NCBI GenBank assembly: GCA_964016885.1 | Contig: OZ024752.1 | Span: 37,324,001 to 37,388,000, forward strand | Reading direction: 5' to 3' | DNA: 64,000 nucleotides | Origin: Eledone cirrhosa | Taxonomy: Eukaryota | Shown: positions 1 to 12,801 of the stretch, one piece after another | How the letters are laid out: each line of letters opens with the position of its first letter | How positions within the stretch are numbered: the first letter of the stretch is position 1 | Notes under the pieces: model-generated | What the model saw: the letters and a program-made list of their open reading frames with translations, nothing else | Told to the model about the DNA's origin: nothing | The model's database searches: none | Translations under genes and position numbers: made by a program

Positions 1-25
1 CTAGTCCTGTAGAAGCCATTTCTAT

Positions 26-63
<38 letters not shown>

Positions 64-164
64 TATAAATATGCATATATATACTTACATATACATATAT
101 ATATGTACACACACACACACATATATAAACATATACATGTACTTTATCTACACACACACACACA

Positions 165-759
165 TATAAGTTATTCCGGGTTGAATCGGGGGGTAACCAC
201 AGTAAGTAAGGTACTCAATACATAGCAGAGTATAAAAGTTTTAATATAGAAGAGCTTCTACAGGACTAGAACTGTTTCATTCGTGAGAAATCATCAGGAT
301 GTCCCTGATGATTTCTCACGAATGAAACAGTTCTAGTCCTGTAGAAGCTCTTCTATATATATATATATATATATATTTACATACATATGTACTCTTGTAT
401 GATTAAGCAGTATTTATGAAGTGCATATGTATGTAAATATATATATATATATATAGAAGAGCTTCTACAGGACTAGAACTGTTTCATTCGTGAGAAATCA
501 TCAGGATGTCCCTGATGATTTCTCACGAATGAAACAGTTCTAGTCCTGTAGAAGCTCTTCTCTATATATATATATATATATTTACATACCTATGCACTCT
601 TGTATGATTAAGCAGTATTTATGAAGTGCATATGTATGTAAATATATATATATATAGAAGAGCTTCTACAGGACTAGAACTGTTTCATTCGTGAGAAATC
701 ATCAGGATGTCCCTGATGATTTCTCACGAATGAAACAGTTCTAGTCCTGTAGAAGCTCT

Positions 760-790
<31 letters not shown>

Positions 791-1190
791 TTACATACAT
801 ATGCACTCTTGTATAATTAAGCAGTATTTATGAAGTGCATATGTATGTAAATATATATATATATATATATAGAAGAGCTTCTACAGGACTAGAACTGTTT
901 CATTCGTGAGAAATCATCAGGATGTCCCTGATGATTTCTCACGAATGAAACAGTTCTAGTCCTGTAGAAGCTCTTCTCTATATATATATATATATATATA
1001 TTTACATACATATGCACTCTTGTATGATTAAGCAGTATTTATGAAGTGCATATGTATGTAAATATATATATATATATAGAAGAGCTTCTACAGGACTAGA
1101 ACTGTTTCATTCGTGAGAAATCATCAGGATGTCCCTGATGATTTCTCACGAATGAAACAGTTCTAGTCCTGTAGAAGCTCTTCTATATAT
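165..1190. repeat. Tandem array of 5 near-perfect palindromes (55-bp arms, 5-nt spacer ATGTC) carrying an HHR-like core, separated by (TA)n and a second small hairpin; PLE-like tail at 165-243
   Basis: Arms 244-298/304-358; centres at about 301, 508, 709, 924 and 1131 (period 201-215 bp); each arm reads CTGATGA-tttctcacgaat-GAAAC-agttcta-GTC. Confidence 0.9.
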
Positions 1191-1274
1191 ATATATATAT
1201 ATATATTTACATACATATGTACTCTTGTATGAGTAAGCAGTATGTATGAAGTGTATATGGTGGCATGAGAGAGA

Positions 1275-1934
1275 GATAAGAGGGATCAGATGTTGTTTAC
1301 TCGAGAGAAGGCTACGTTGGTATGGACACGTGATGCGCATGAAAGTCGATAGCTGTATAACAAAGTGCAGGGCAATAAAGAGAGACGGTAGTCACGGAAT
1401 AGGCAGACCTAGAAAAACCTGGGACGAGCTGATAAACTCCGACATCACACACTTACACCTCTCCAAGACAATGTCACTGGACCGAGACCTTTGGCGGTAC
1501 TCAGTAACAGAGAAGACCCGCCTTACCTAAATATATAGTAAAACCTACTCCAGCCAGTAGGCATCTCTAACAAAATACACCCCGTCCCACCACCACCACC
1601 CCCACCCCATCCACACCACCCCGTTCTATGTAAAGTTATGTTGGTGCCGCGCCATCGAGGCCGAAACAAATGAGATCGTGTAGGTGTCACGACAAAAAAA
1701 CACACAGTCCACGCTGTAATGTGGCCGTGTAGGCAACACGGTAAAAACCTCCCAGACCCACACTGTAAATGTGGTTGGTGTTAGGAAGGGCATCCAGCTG
1801 TAGAAAACCCGCCAGACAGTCCTATGCGAGCAAGACAATCACTCTTGCCTCAAGTGGGACTACCCCCGTCCAAACCCATGCAAGCGTGGAACACGGACGT
1901 TAAACGTTGATGATGATGATGATGATAATGATGA
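1275..1934 (+). mobile_element. 5'-truncated RTE-clade LINE 3' end
   Basis: RRLRWYGHVMRM...GRPRKTWDELI motif, stop at 1530, 3'UTR ending in (GAT)n; near-identical to 33743-34712. Confidence 0.9.
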
Positions 1935-2064
1935 GAGTCATATGGGGGACTATTGTGTATGCCTCAATTCATGTGTGAGTATGCATAACATTTTTGTGGA
2001 TGGCTTTAACAATCAAAAAGCCATTCTCATTACATAAATATAGCTGAAGGTGCCAGTCATCCAG

Positions 2065-2211
2065 TCCCTCAGTCCCCCAGTACCCCAGTACCCCAGTCCC
2101 TCAGTCCCCCAGTCCCCCAGTCCCCCAGTCCCTCAGTCCCCCAGTCCCCCAGTCCCCCAGTCCCTCAGTCCCTCAGTCCCCCAGTCCCCCAGTCCCCTGG
2201 TCCCCCAGTCC
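2065..2211. repeat. 8-bp minisatellite (CCCCAGTC)n
   Basis: Direct tandem repetition. Confidence 0.95.
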
Positions 2212-2394
2212 ACTAATGCTATATCAAACTCATTCATCTGTGAGTTCTTCTAATTGACAACAGCTGAAGATCAAGAAGCTTGATCTTAACTATGTACAGA
2301 CACTCTTATAAAAACATAAGTATATTCACTTAGCAGCGGGGTGTTTGAGAATCTTGCTATGAGGTATGGTGTTGTCCCCACACCCCAAAAACCT

Positions 2395-3300
2395 CACACA
2401 CACACACAAACATACATATATACACATATATATATATATAATATATATGTGTACACACACATATATATATATATAATATATATATACACACATATATATA
2501 TAATATATATATATACACATATATATAATATATATACATACACATATATATATATAATATATATACACACACATATATATATAATAGATATAGATATATA
2601 TATAGACATATATATATAAAATATATACATATACATATATATAAAATATATATATACATATATATAAAATGTATATATATACATATTATTAAAAATAAAA
2701 TGTATATATATACATAAAAATAAAATATATATATATATATATAAAATATATATATATATACATATATATAAAATATATATATACATATATAGAAAAATAT
2801 ATATATATTTATACATATACATATATTCACTGCATATATTTTATCTACACACACACACACATGTATATATATAATTATTCACTACATGTATTTCATCTGC
2901 ACACACACACACGCATATATATACATATATTCACTACATGTACTTTATCTACACACACACACTTATACATATTCACACATGCCTTGGAAAATAAAACAAT
3001 TAAGGGCTGCGTCACTTATGTGATACCAAATATGTGTGTGTTTTTGTGTATGTGTGTGTGTGTGTGTGTACATATGTGTGAGTGCACGCGTGTGTGTTAG
3101 CAAGAAAAATGAACTCACGATGATAATATATATATATATATACACATATATATATATAATTATATTATAGAAACAATTATATATATTTAATATAAAAAAT
3201 TGTGTGCTTCTGTGAAAAGATGTGATAAAATAGGGTGTATTTGTTCATTGTATACATACATATACATACATATATATATATATATATATATGTATACAAG
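2395..3300. repeat. (TA)n/(CA)n low-complexity region
   Basis: Dinucleotide repeats. Confidence 0.95.
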
Positions 3301-3514
3301 ACGAGTACTCAGTACCCTAGTAGAGATAAGTATTTTCTTTGTTAAGGCAAAGTTTAAGTCTGGTCACTCTGAAGTTCCTCCTGTGTACTCAAAGTGGGGT
3401 TCCTAGGAATCTGAGAGTTTAGTGAAAATGTTTCTATGATACCAGGAGATAATGTATTTTTAATAAAATTTAAAATAACTTTTGTTCCATTAATTATGAT
3501 GACAGGGATAAAAG

Positions 3515-3930
3515 ATAAAAGCGAGAAATAGGGTCTCTAATTTCTGGAAAAATTATATTAGGGACTGTACATAAAATCTAGAAGTAGGGTCTCTAATTTC
3601 TGGAAAAATTATGATGGCTGTGACTATACATAAAATCTAGAAATAGGGTCTCCAATTTCTGGAAAAATTATGATGGAAGTGACTACATAAAATCTAGAAA
3701 TAGGGACTCCAATTTCTGGAAAAATTATGATGGCTATGACTACATAAAATCTAGAAATAGGAACTCCAATTTCTGGAAAATTCTGATTTTTAATTCTAGA
3801 ATTAAGGACTGATTTTTTGAAAATCATGATGGCAGGGACTGTATATAAAATTTAGAAATAGGGTCTCCAATTTCTGGAAAAATTATGATAGTAGGGATTG
3901 TATGTAAAATCTAGAATTAGGGTCTTTAAT
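3515..3930. repeat. Degenerate ~58-bp minisatellite, about 7 copies
   Basis: Recurring ataaaatctagaaatagggtctccaatttctggaaaaattatgatg. Confidence 0.85.
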
Positions 3931-4094
3931 TTAAAAAAAATTGTATAACACTCCCATTACCATATTTCTGGTAATGCTGGTGTTTGGAGCATAATTTAAG
4001 AAAGGTTTTTATATAAAATTATATCAGTTTTGTCTCATAGAAACATGGGAAGTGTCAAGCAGTTTGGTATCAAAAGAGTTAAGTCTTTAGAAAA

Positions 4095-4377
4095 GTCTAA
4101 AGTCGGTGTTGAGCCTGGAGACTCATCAGGCCAATGCTTATCCCAGTTTCCATGGTGTTAAGCAACTGAAAGTACAAGATTCCACCCTTGGCTAGACACC
4201 AGCCCATCGCAGGGTTAAACCTCCAGCTTTTGCTGGTATTTTCAGCTGAGTATACTGAAGAAATGTGAAATGAAGTGTTTTGCTCAAGAAAACAACACAA
4301 CACCCAGTCTAGGAATCGAACCCATGACATTATGATTGTACGTCCAACACCCTTACCACTAGGTCACACAATCTCCT
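4095..4377 (-). mobile_element. Diverged tRNA-derived CORE-type SINE
   Basis: Reverse complement has an A-box-like tgacctagtgg, B-box ggttcgattcc, then a CORE-like ttgagcaaaacacttcatttcac segment. Confidence 0.7.
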
Positions 4378-5081
4378 GTAATTATGTACCAAGGCCATAA
4401 ATAGGATAAAACTAAAGCCACATAGCTCTCAACTCTTTACATTGTTATGAGATACCAATGAAGAAAATTTCAAGCAGTTTCTTTTTCATACTAACATTAA
4501 GTGACTATCTCAAGGAGATGGCTTACAAGGCTTAATTGATTTAGTCCAGCACCCTGACCACTAGGCTATACACCTCTACAAAAAAGGGGTTAAGTGTTCT
4601 GCAATAAGTAAGTTTGGGGAACAGAAATATAGATTGACCCATATGCAAAGCTTTAAATCTAGTTTATGTAAAATATTTAGTTATTTGCTTATTCAATTTT
4701 AACTTGTTAAAAACTTATACTGTAGTGTTTATTTCCTTGTTGACTTCCTGGAAAATAAAATGAAAGAATGTCAGGGAGGTTTGATTTCAGAACTACTTGT
4801 TCACATACTTTCTCTCTAAACCACCATTTTTCAACCAGTGTTCTCCAAAGCCCTAGGGTTCCACAAGAGGTCCCATGAAAAACTGATAAATAAAGTTAAT
4901 TCAATTTTGAGTAATTTTCGTTAATTTTATATTTGTAATTTTACTATACACATATGGCATATTGTTGGGAAATCTTTGGTTATTATAATAAAGGCTTCAA
5001 CCTCTTACATTATTTTAAAATAGGTTGTTATTTTTCTTTTGGCATTGCCAATAAATTTGACAAAAAAGGGTAATTTTTTCC

Positions 5082-5310
5082 TTAATCCTTTAACATTTAA
5101 ACCGGCTGTATCCAGCCAGAATTCTCTCATTTTTTTCTGTTCAAACTGACCACAACCGACCACTCATACTGATGTTAAGGTATTGTTGTCAAAATAAATA
5201 ATATCAATATCTCATAGATTCGATATTATGTGAGATAATAATGTAAGGTAAAGTCTTTACCACAAAAATACATGAGTAAATATAAAGTAATGTAAATGCT
5301 AGAGGGTTAA
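5082..5310 (+). mobile_element. piggyBac-type MITE (~225 bp)
   Basis: TTAA at both ends, TIR close to CCCTTTAGCATT; same family as 36505-36732. Confidence 0.8.
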
Positions 5311-5505
5311 ACCTGTTATTTGAAAAAAATATATTATGTTTACCACATGAACTATGATAAAAATATAAGAGAGATAGATATTAATAATGGTATATACTAA
5401 TTTTTATGCAGGAGTTTTTTCTCTGAGACATGAAAACTATTTCAAGAGTTCCAGAAGGATAAAAGGGTTAAGAAGCGCTGCTGTTAAATGTCATTGTCAG
5501 TTAGC

Positions 5506-5779
5506 CATCATCATCATCATCATCATCATTTTACGTCCGCTTTTCCCTGCTTGCAAGGGTGGGACGGGAACTGATTCTGGCTCGATTTCTACGGCTGGAT
5601 GCCCTTCCTAACACCAACCTCATTTACAGTGAGTGCTGGGTGCTTTTTTTGCCGTGGCACCTCCACGACCACTTTGCAGTGGAATGATATGGACCCCAGT
5701 CCCTTTCATCTCATTTCTACAGCTGAGTAAACTGGAGCAATGTGAAATAAAGTGTCTTGCTCAAGGAAACAACACATCA
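5506..5779 (-). mobile_element. CORE-SINE, 5'-truncated
   Basis: Matches the 3' part of the full copies at 9852 and 60146; (CAT)n tail. Confidence 0.9.
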
Positions 5780-5869
5780 TATTAATTCAAAAGTATATTT
5801 TGCTCATTTTCCAGTAATTTTTTAAGAATGTGGTATACTTTGTTAATTTTAATAAATTTTTTATATTAA

Positions 5870-6421
5870 TCATTACTAACACTACTACTACTACCATTAT
5901 AATGACAAACACTACTACTACAACCACCACTAGTACCACTACCACCACCACAAACCATTATCACCATCACTAACAACCCCACCCTATTACCACCACCACC
6001 ATAATAATCACCACCATAACCACCTATTATCATCACCATAACCAACACTATCACCACCACCACTACTACCTCAACCATCACCACTACCATCCCCACCACC
6101 ATAACCACAACTGTCATCATCACCAACACTACCATAGCCATCATCATCACCATAAGCATCAACAACACCACAACTATCATCATCATCATCATTATAAGCA
6201 CGAACAACACCACCACCACAACCATCATCACCATAACCGCCATCATCATCAACATAAGCACCAACAACACCACAACCATCATCATCAACATAAGCACCAA
6301 CAACACCACAACCATCATCATCACCATGAGCACCAATAACACCATAACCATCATCATCACCATAAGCACCAACACCACCACAACCATCATCATCATCATC
6401 AACATAAGCACCAACACCACC
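5870..6421. repeat. Trinucleotide-based (CAT/CAC) low-complexity repeat
   Basis: Composition. Confidence 0.9.
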
Positions 6422-6485
6422 AGGTAGAAATGTCACATTGAATAGATACTAATTAGCTGAAAATCTAAATATTTACTGAGCTTTA

Positions 6486-7030
6486 CGACATATCAAACAC
6501 ATCAGACAAATAGGACATATCAAACACATCAGACAAATAGGACATATCAAACACATCAGACAAATGGGACATATCAAACACATCAGACAAATAGGACATA
6601 TCAAACACATCAGACAAGTAGGACATATCAAACACATCAGACAAATAGGATATATCAAACACATCAGACAAATAAGACAGATCAAACACATCAGACAAAT
6701 AGGACATATCAAACACATCAGACAAGTAGGACATATCAAACACATCAGAGATGTAGGACATATCAAACACATCAGACAAGTAGGACATATCAAACACATC
6801 AGACAAATAGGACATATCAAACACATCAGACAAGTAGGACATATCAAACACATCAGACAAATAGGACATATTAAACACATCAGACAAGTAGGACATATCA
6901 AACACATCAGACAAGTAAGACATATCAAACACATCAGAGATGTAGGAAATATCAAACACATCAGACAAATAGGACATATCAAACACATCAGACAAATAGG
7001 ACATTTCAAACACATCAGACATATCAAACA
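6486..7030. repeat. 27-bp minisatellite, about 20 copies
   Basis: Unit ggacatatcaaacacatcagacaaata. Confidence 0.95.
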
Positions 7031-7158
7031 TATTGTTAAACACAGATCTGAAATTAAAATTATCATCTATATAATAAAGAAATATAGCAACATAGAGGAA
7101 GATCCACTGTCAGGATATTACTATATATATACCATTAACAGGGTATATGTATATAGAT

Positions 7159-7254
<96 letters not shown>

Positions 7255-7255
<1 letters not shown>

Positions 7256-7543
7256 ATTAATAAATATGGTTTTATATTTATAAAACCATATTTATTTCAT
7301 TATACATATTTCAAGGACACCAAGTTAAATTATGGTGTGCTTTCATCAGATAAAATATAATATAGAGCAGTTTTATAAATAGATATTGACATACCCTTAA
7401 AGAATGCAACCATTACTGTTGGAAGCTCCTGGATAGTCATTTGTTAATATCGTATTTTTACTCCAATTATTTGTTGAGTGCTTTATATCAGTTATAAAAA
7501 TATTTGCTTGTTGTATCCCAACAATTTAAATAGAACTTTTACA
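7255..7543. mobile_element. HHR-bearing PLE-like pseudo-LTR remnant (family C) with an internal inversion junction near 7437
   Basis: 7277-7437 matches 62622-62785; 7438-7543 is the family tail in the opposite orientation; bounded by (TA)n. Confidence 0.75.
7293..7357 (-). ncRNA. Minimal type-I hammerhead ribozyme motif
   Basis: Reverse complement: tattttat-CTGATGA-aagcacacca..tggtgtcctt-GAAA-T-ATGT-A-TA-atgaaata. Confidence 0.75.
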
Positions 7544-7554
7544 TATATATATAT

Positions 7555-7725
7555 CATCATCATCATCATCATCATCATCGTTTAACGTCCATGTTCCACG
7601 CTTGCATGGGTTTGGACGGGAGTTTTCCCACTTGAGGCAAGAGTGGTTGTCTTGCTCGCATAGGACTGTCTGGCGGGTTTTCTACAGCTGGATGCCCTTC
7701 CTAACACCAACCACATTTACAGTGT

Positions 7726-7728
<3 letters not shown>
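7555..7728 (-). mobile_element. RTE LINE 3'UTR fragment
   Basis: Matches the reverse complement of 1760-1930; (CAT)n tail. Confidence 0.85.
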
Positions 7729-7773
<45 letters not shown>

Positions 7774-7896
7774 ATATTTATTAAAATAACAGATTAAAGT
7801 TTAAGCAAAGAATCGCTGCTTTCGCCCTTAACGGGATATTCTGAAACTAAAAAAGTCAATCTGTGAACGCAGAAGTAAATATTGTATATATATATG

Positions 7897-7958
<62 letters not shown>

Positions 7959-7961
<3 letters not shown>

Positions 7962-8199
7962 CAGAGTGGGAGAGGTGAGGCTGCACGCAGTGTCGGTAGT
8001 ATCCTGTCCAGGATCTTCTTACTGACAGATCCTATGTCGGATTTTGTGGGGTTTATTAGCCGGACTAATGGTTTATTGGTGAAGTTTCCTTTGTGGTCCT
8101 TAAGGGTAAAATGCGGGGCCTTTACCCTCAAAGGTTCAGTCCTATCTTCCAGTTTAAGGGAAATGGCGATGTTTTTTCCCGCTAATTTGGTGTCAGTCA
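7959..8199 (-). mobile_element. Penelope-like element reverse transcriptase fragment
   Basis: Peptide FTLKDHKGNFTNKPLVRLINPTKSDIGSVSKKILDRI...LW resembles the N-terminal PLE RT motifs (K.HK...P.RLI); abuts (TA)n. Confidence 0.7.
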
Positions 8200-8256
8200 G
8201 TACCATTAACAGGGTAGATGTATATCTATACTATTGTCAGGATATTATATGTATAT

Positions 8257-8360
8257 AACGAGGTTAACTTTGCCTTTCATCCTTACTGGGTCGATAAAAT
8301 AAAGTACCAGTAATGCACTGGATAATTGCTGGCCTTGTGCCGGAAAGTAGAAACAATTAT
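8257..8360 (+). mobile_element. Nin-domain SINE, 5'-truncated
   Basis: gcctttcatccttactgggtcgataaaataaagtaccag plus the family tail. Confidence 0.85.
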
Positions 8361-8369
8361 ATATATATA

Positions 8370-9848
8370 GATATACACTATTGTCAGGATATATATATAT
8401 ATATACACTATTGCCAGGATATATATATATATACACTATTGTCAGGATATATATATATATACACTATTGTCAGGATATATATATATATACACTATTGCCA
8501 GGATATATATATACACTATTGTCAGGATATATATATACACTATTGCCAGGATATAAATATATACACTATTATCGGGATATATATATATACACTATTATCA
8601 GGATATATATATATACATTTTTGTCAGGATATATATATATATACACTATTGTCAGGATATATATATACACTATTGTCAGGATATATATATATACACTATT
8701 GCCAGGATATATATATATACACTATTGTCAGGATATATATATATATATATACATTTTTGTCAGGATATATATATACACTATTGTCAGGATATATATATAT
8801 ATATACACTATTGTCAGGATATATATATATATATACACTATTGTCAGGATATATATATATACACTATTGTCAGGATATATATATATATATATACATTTTT
8901 GTCAGGATATATATATACATTTTTGTCAGGATATATATATACACTATTGTCAGGATATATATATATATACATTTTTGTCAGGATATATATATACATTTTT
9001 GTCAGGATATATATATATATACATTTTTGTCAGGATATATATATTTATATACACTAATATCAGGATATTATACATATACACTATTGTCAGGATATTTATA
9101 TACACTATTGTCAGGATATATATATATACACTATTGTCAGGATATATATATATATATACATTTTTGTCAGGATATATATATACATTTTTGTCAGGATATA
9201 TATATACACTATTGTCAGGAGATATATATATATATATACACTATTGTCAGGATATATATATATACATTTTTGTCAGGATATATATATATATACATTTTTG
9301 TCAGGATATATATATTTATATACACTATTGTCAGGATATATATATATACACTATTGTCAGGATATATATATATATATATATACATTTTTGTCAGGATATA
9401 TATATACATTTTTGTCAGGATATATATATACACTATTGTCAGGATGTATATATATATACATTTTTGTCAGGATATATATATTTATATACACTAGTATCAG
9501 GATATTATACATATACACTATTGTCAGGATATATATATACACTATTGTCAGGATATATATATATATACACTATTGTCAGGATATATATATATACATGTTT
9601 GTCAGGATATATATATGTATACATTTTTGTCAATATATATATACATTTTTGTCAGGATATATATATATACATTTTTGTCAGGATATATATATATATACAC
9701 TATTGTCAGGATATATATATTTATACATTTTTTTCAGGATATATATATACACTATTATCAGGATATATATATATACACACTAGTATTATACATATACACT
9801 ATTGTCAGGATATATATACACTATTGTCAGGATATATATATATACACT
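8370..9848. repeat. Compound minisatellite (TA)n-CACTATTGTCAGGA / CATTTTTGTCAGGA
   Basis: Dozens of copies of a 14-nt core separated by variable (TA)n; a variant continues at 10200-10520 after the SINE. Confidence 0.95.
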
Positions 9849-9851
9849 AAT

Positions 9852-10186
9852 GAAGGCACATGGCTTAGTGGTTAGAGCATTGGGCTTGCAATCGAAAGGT
9901 TGTGAGTTCAATTCTCAGACCGGGTGATGTGTTGTTTCCTTGAGCAAGACACTTTATTTCACATTGCTCCAGTTTACTCAGCTGTAGAAATGAGATGATA
10001 GGGACTGGGGTCCCTATCATTCCACTGCAAAGTGGACGTGTAGGCCCCACGGCAAAAAAAGCACCCAGCACTCACTGTAAATGAGGTTGGTGTTAGGAAG
10101 GGCATCCAGCTGTAGAAATCAAGCCAGAATCAGTTCCCGCCCCACCCTTGCAAGCAGGGAAAAGCGGATGTAAAATGATGAAAATG
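9852..10186 (+). mobile_element. Full-length tRNA-derived CORE-SINE with an RTE-like 3' tail
   Basis: A box tggcttagtgg, B box gagttcaattc, CORE-like ccttgagcaagacactttatttcacattgctccagtttactcagctgtagaaatg; tail matches LINE end 44869-44912. Confidence 0.9.
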
Positions 10187-10237
10187 AAAAAAAAAACTAG
10201 TATCAGGATATTATAGATATATACTATTGTTAGAACA

Positions 10238-10303
<66 letters not shown>

Positions 10304-10311
10304 CAGGACAT

Positions 10312-10389
<78 letters not shown>

Positions 10390-10456
10390 CAGGACATTAC
10401 TATATATATATATATATTATTGTCAGGACATTACTATATATATATATATATATATG

Positions 10457-10494
<38 letters not shown>

Positions 10495-10609
10495 CACACT
10501 ACTGACAGGATATTACTATATATACATACACAAATAAATATATATTACAAATTAAATTTCTGTGGCATACATGCAAGGGGTTTATAAAAAATCACATTTG
10601 AGTCACATA

Positions 10610-10900
10610 AGAGAGAAAACAGTGAGAATGAGGAAGACGAAGGGGAGATGGTGGGAGGAGGGGGGAGATTAGGGTGTGGAGGGGGAGAAGAAGAAGAAAA
10701 AGAAGAGAGGGGAGGGTAGATGGTGGGGGGAAGATAGTGGTAGGGTGGGGGGGGAGATAGTGGTAGGGTGGGGATTAGGAGGAGGAGAAGACGGGTGGAT
10801 GGGGGATGGGGTGAGGAAGAGGAGGAGAGGAGAAGACGACGACGAAAGAAAGAACGAAAGAAAGCAAGAAAAAAGAAAGAAAGAAAGATAGAAAGGACGA

Positions 10901-10960
<60 letters not shown>

Positions 10961-11315
10961 CCGAAAGAAAGACAGAAAGAACGAAAGAAAGAAAGAACGA
11001 AAGAAAGAAATAAAGAAAGAACGAAAGAAAAAGAAAGAAAGAAAGAAAGACCGAAAGAAAGAACGACAGAAAGAACGAAAGAAAGAAAGAAAGAGCGAAC
11101 GACAGAAAGAAAGAACGAACGAAAGAACGAACGAAAGAAAGAAAAAAGAAGGAAAGCAAGACCGAAAGAAAGAACGAAAGAACGACAGAACGAAAGAACG
11201 AACGAAAGAAAGAAAAAAGAAGGAAAGCAAGACCGAAAGAAAGAACGAATGATAGAAAGAACGAAAGAACGACAGAACGAAAGAACGAAAGAACGAAAAG
11301 CCAAACAAACGAAAG
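10610..11315. repeat. Purine-rich (GAAA)n low-complexity tract
   Basis: Composition. Confidence 0.95.
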
Positions 11316-12044
11316 AATATAATGGTAAAACATGAAAGGCTGGTAAGATAGCAATAGATAACAAAAGGAACGAAATTTAGTAAGGCGACAATGTGAAAGA
11401 TGTCAATATTAGCTAAGTAAATGAAGCATATTGATAAATAGAACAGTCTGCAATAGACTGCTGACTTTTGCATTTTACTGGAAATGTCTTCAGAATTATT
11501 ATTTTGCCATCAGCAGTCATCTTTTGTCAACTCCTGTAAAACATCATCAATACTATTGTTTAGTGTTTTCAAGTAGCAGAACCAAGCAAGCAGATCTTTC
11601 TTTTACTTTCTATCTATCTATCTCTCCCTAGAAATTTATCTCTATCTATCTATCCCTAACTGTCCTGCACTAGCCAGCCAGCCAGCCAGCCAGTCAGTCA
11701 GTTACTCAGTCAGTTACTTTACTCAGTCTTTCCTGCTGCTTCAGCAGCAGAAATGCCATTTTTTGTTGATGCTAGCATATAATATGTAAATATATATATA
11801 TATGTATATATATTTATATACACACATATATATATACACACACACACATATATATACACACACACACATATATATACACACACACACATATACACAAATA
11901 TATATATATATACAGACACACACATATATACACACACACATATATATATATTTTACTATTCCTCTATTGTTCTAAACTCTATTGTTATATCTCTCTCTCT
12001 CTCTCTCTCTCTCGATATATCTATCTATCTATCTATCTTATTCT

Positions 12045-12420
12045 TTTTTTCAAATACCACTTTGGAAGAAGAATCAGGATGGAGAGAGAGATGCTGTACC
12101 CCAGCAAGTTTTATGAAAGGTGGGTGAAAGTGGCGAGAATGGCCCGAGTGAATGGGCCTTCTCTCTATATCAGCCTGTAGGTTGAGGAAAAGGAGGAGGA
12201 GAGGAAAGGAGTACAAACTCTTCGTACTCCTGGAGATGAGGGTTGCACATTTTTTCGGGGGTATGTGTTACCCATATGAACTGTCTCCCCCTATTGGGGA
12301 AATTCGACTAATTTTTAAAATTGCATTTGTGATAACATTTTACACGCTTTTATTGTATGTAAACTTCCCCCTTTGTATTTGTCCCCTTCTTTTGTGCCCC
12401 TGTGGCTAATAAAGAAACAT
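12045..12420 (+). mobile_element. L1/Tx1-clade LINE 3' end (short fragment)
   Basis: aggtgggtgaaagtggcgagaatggcccgagtgaatgggcct and the terminal tgtggctaataaa match 29049-29373. Confidence 0.75.
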
Positions 12421-12576
12421 ATCTATCTCTCTATTTTTGCTTTTTTTTTAATATTTTTGTTTTGGTTGAGAATATCCTACCTAGAGTGCTGAAGACTGTT
12501 TTAGAATCCTAAAGAAAAATGTTCCACTATTTATTCAAATTAGAAGAATCTTGTATTGTATTAGGGACATTGTCCA

Positions 12577-12609
<33 letters not shown>

Positions 12610-12715
12610 ATCTCTACCTATATATAGGGAATCCACCTATATATATATATATATATATATTGAAACAGTTTCAGTCCTATAGAAGTAAGTCATTTCTATA
12701 ATAATAATATATATA

Positions 12716-12801
<86 letters not shown>

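Noticed and set aside
6473-7283. Cys-rich or His-rich repeat proteins
   Set aside because: 27-bp minisatellite open in several frames
7778-7862. HHR-like motif in a repeat shared with 18035-18122
   Set aside because: Core reads CAGAA(T/G)A and stems I and III are not evident; kept only as a dispersed repeat fragment
8313-9850. Long ORFs (393-489 aa)
   Set aside because: Translations of a (TA)n compound minisatellite
9852-9930. tRNA gene
   Set aside because: A and B boxes belong to a multi-copy SINE head; no clean cloverleaf
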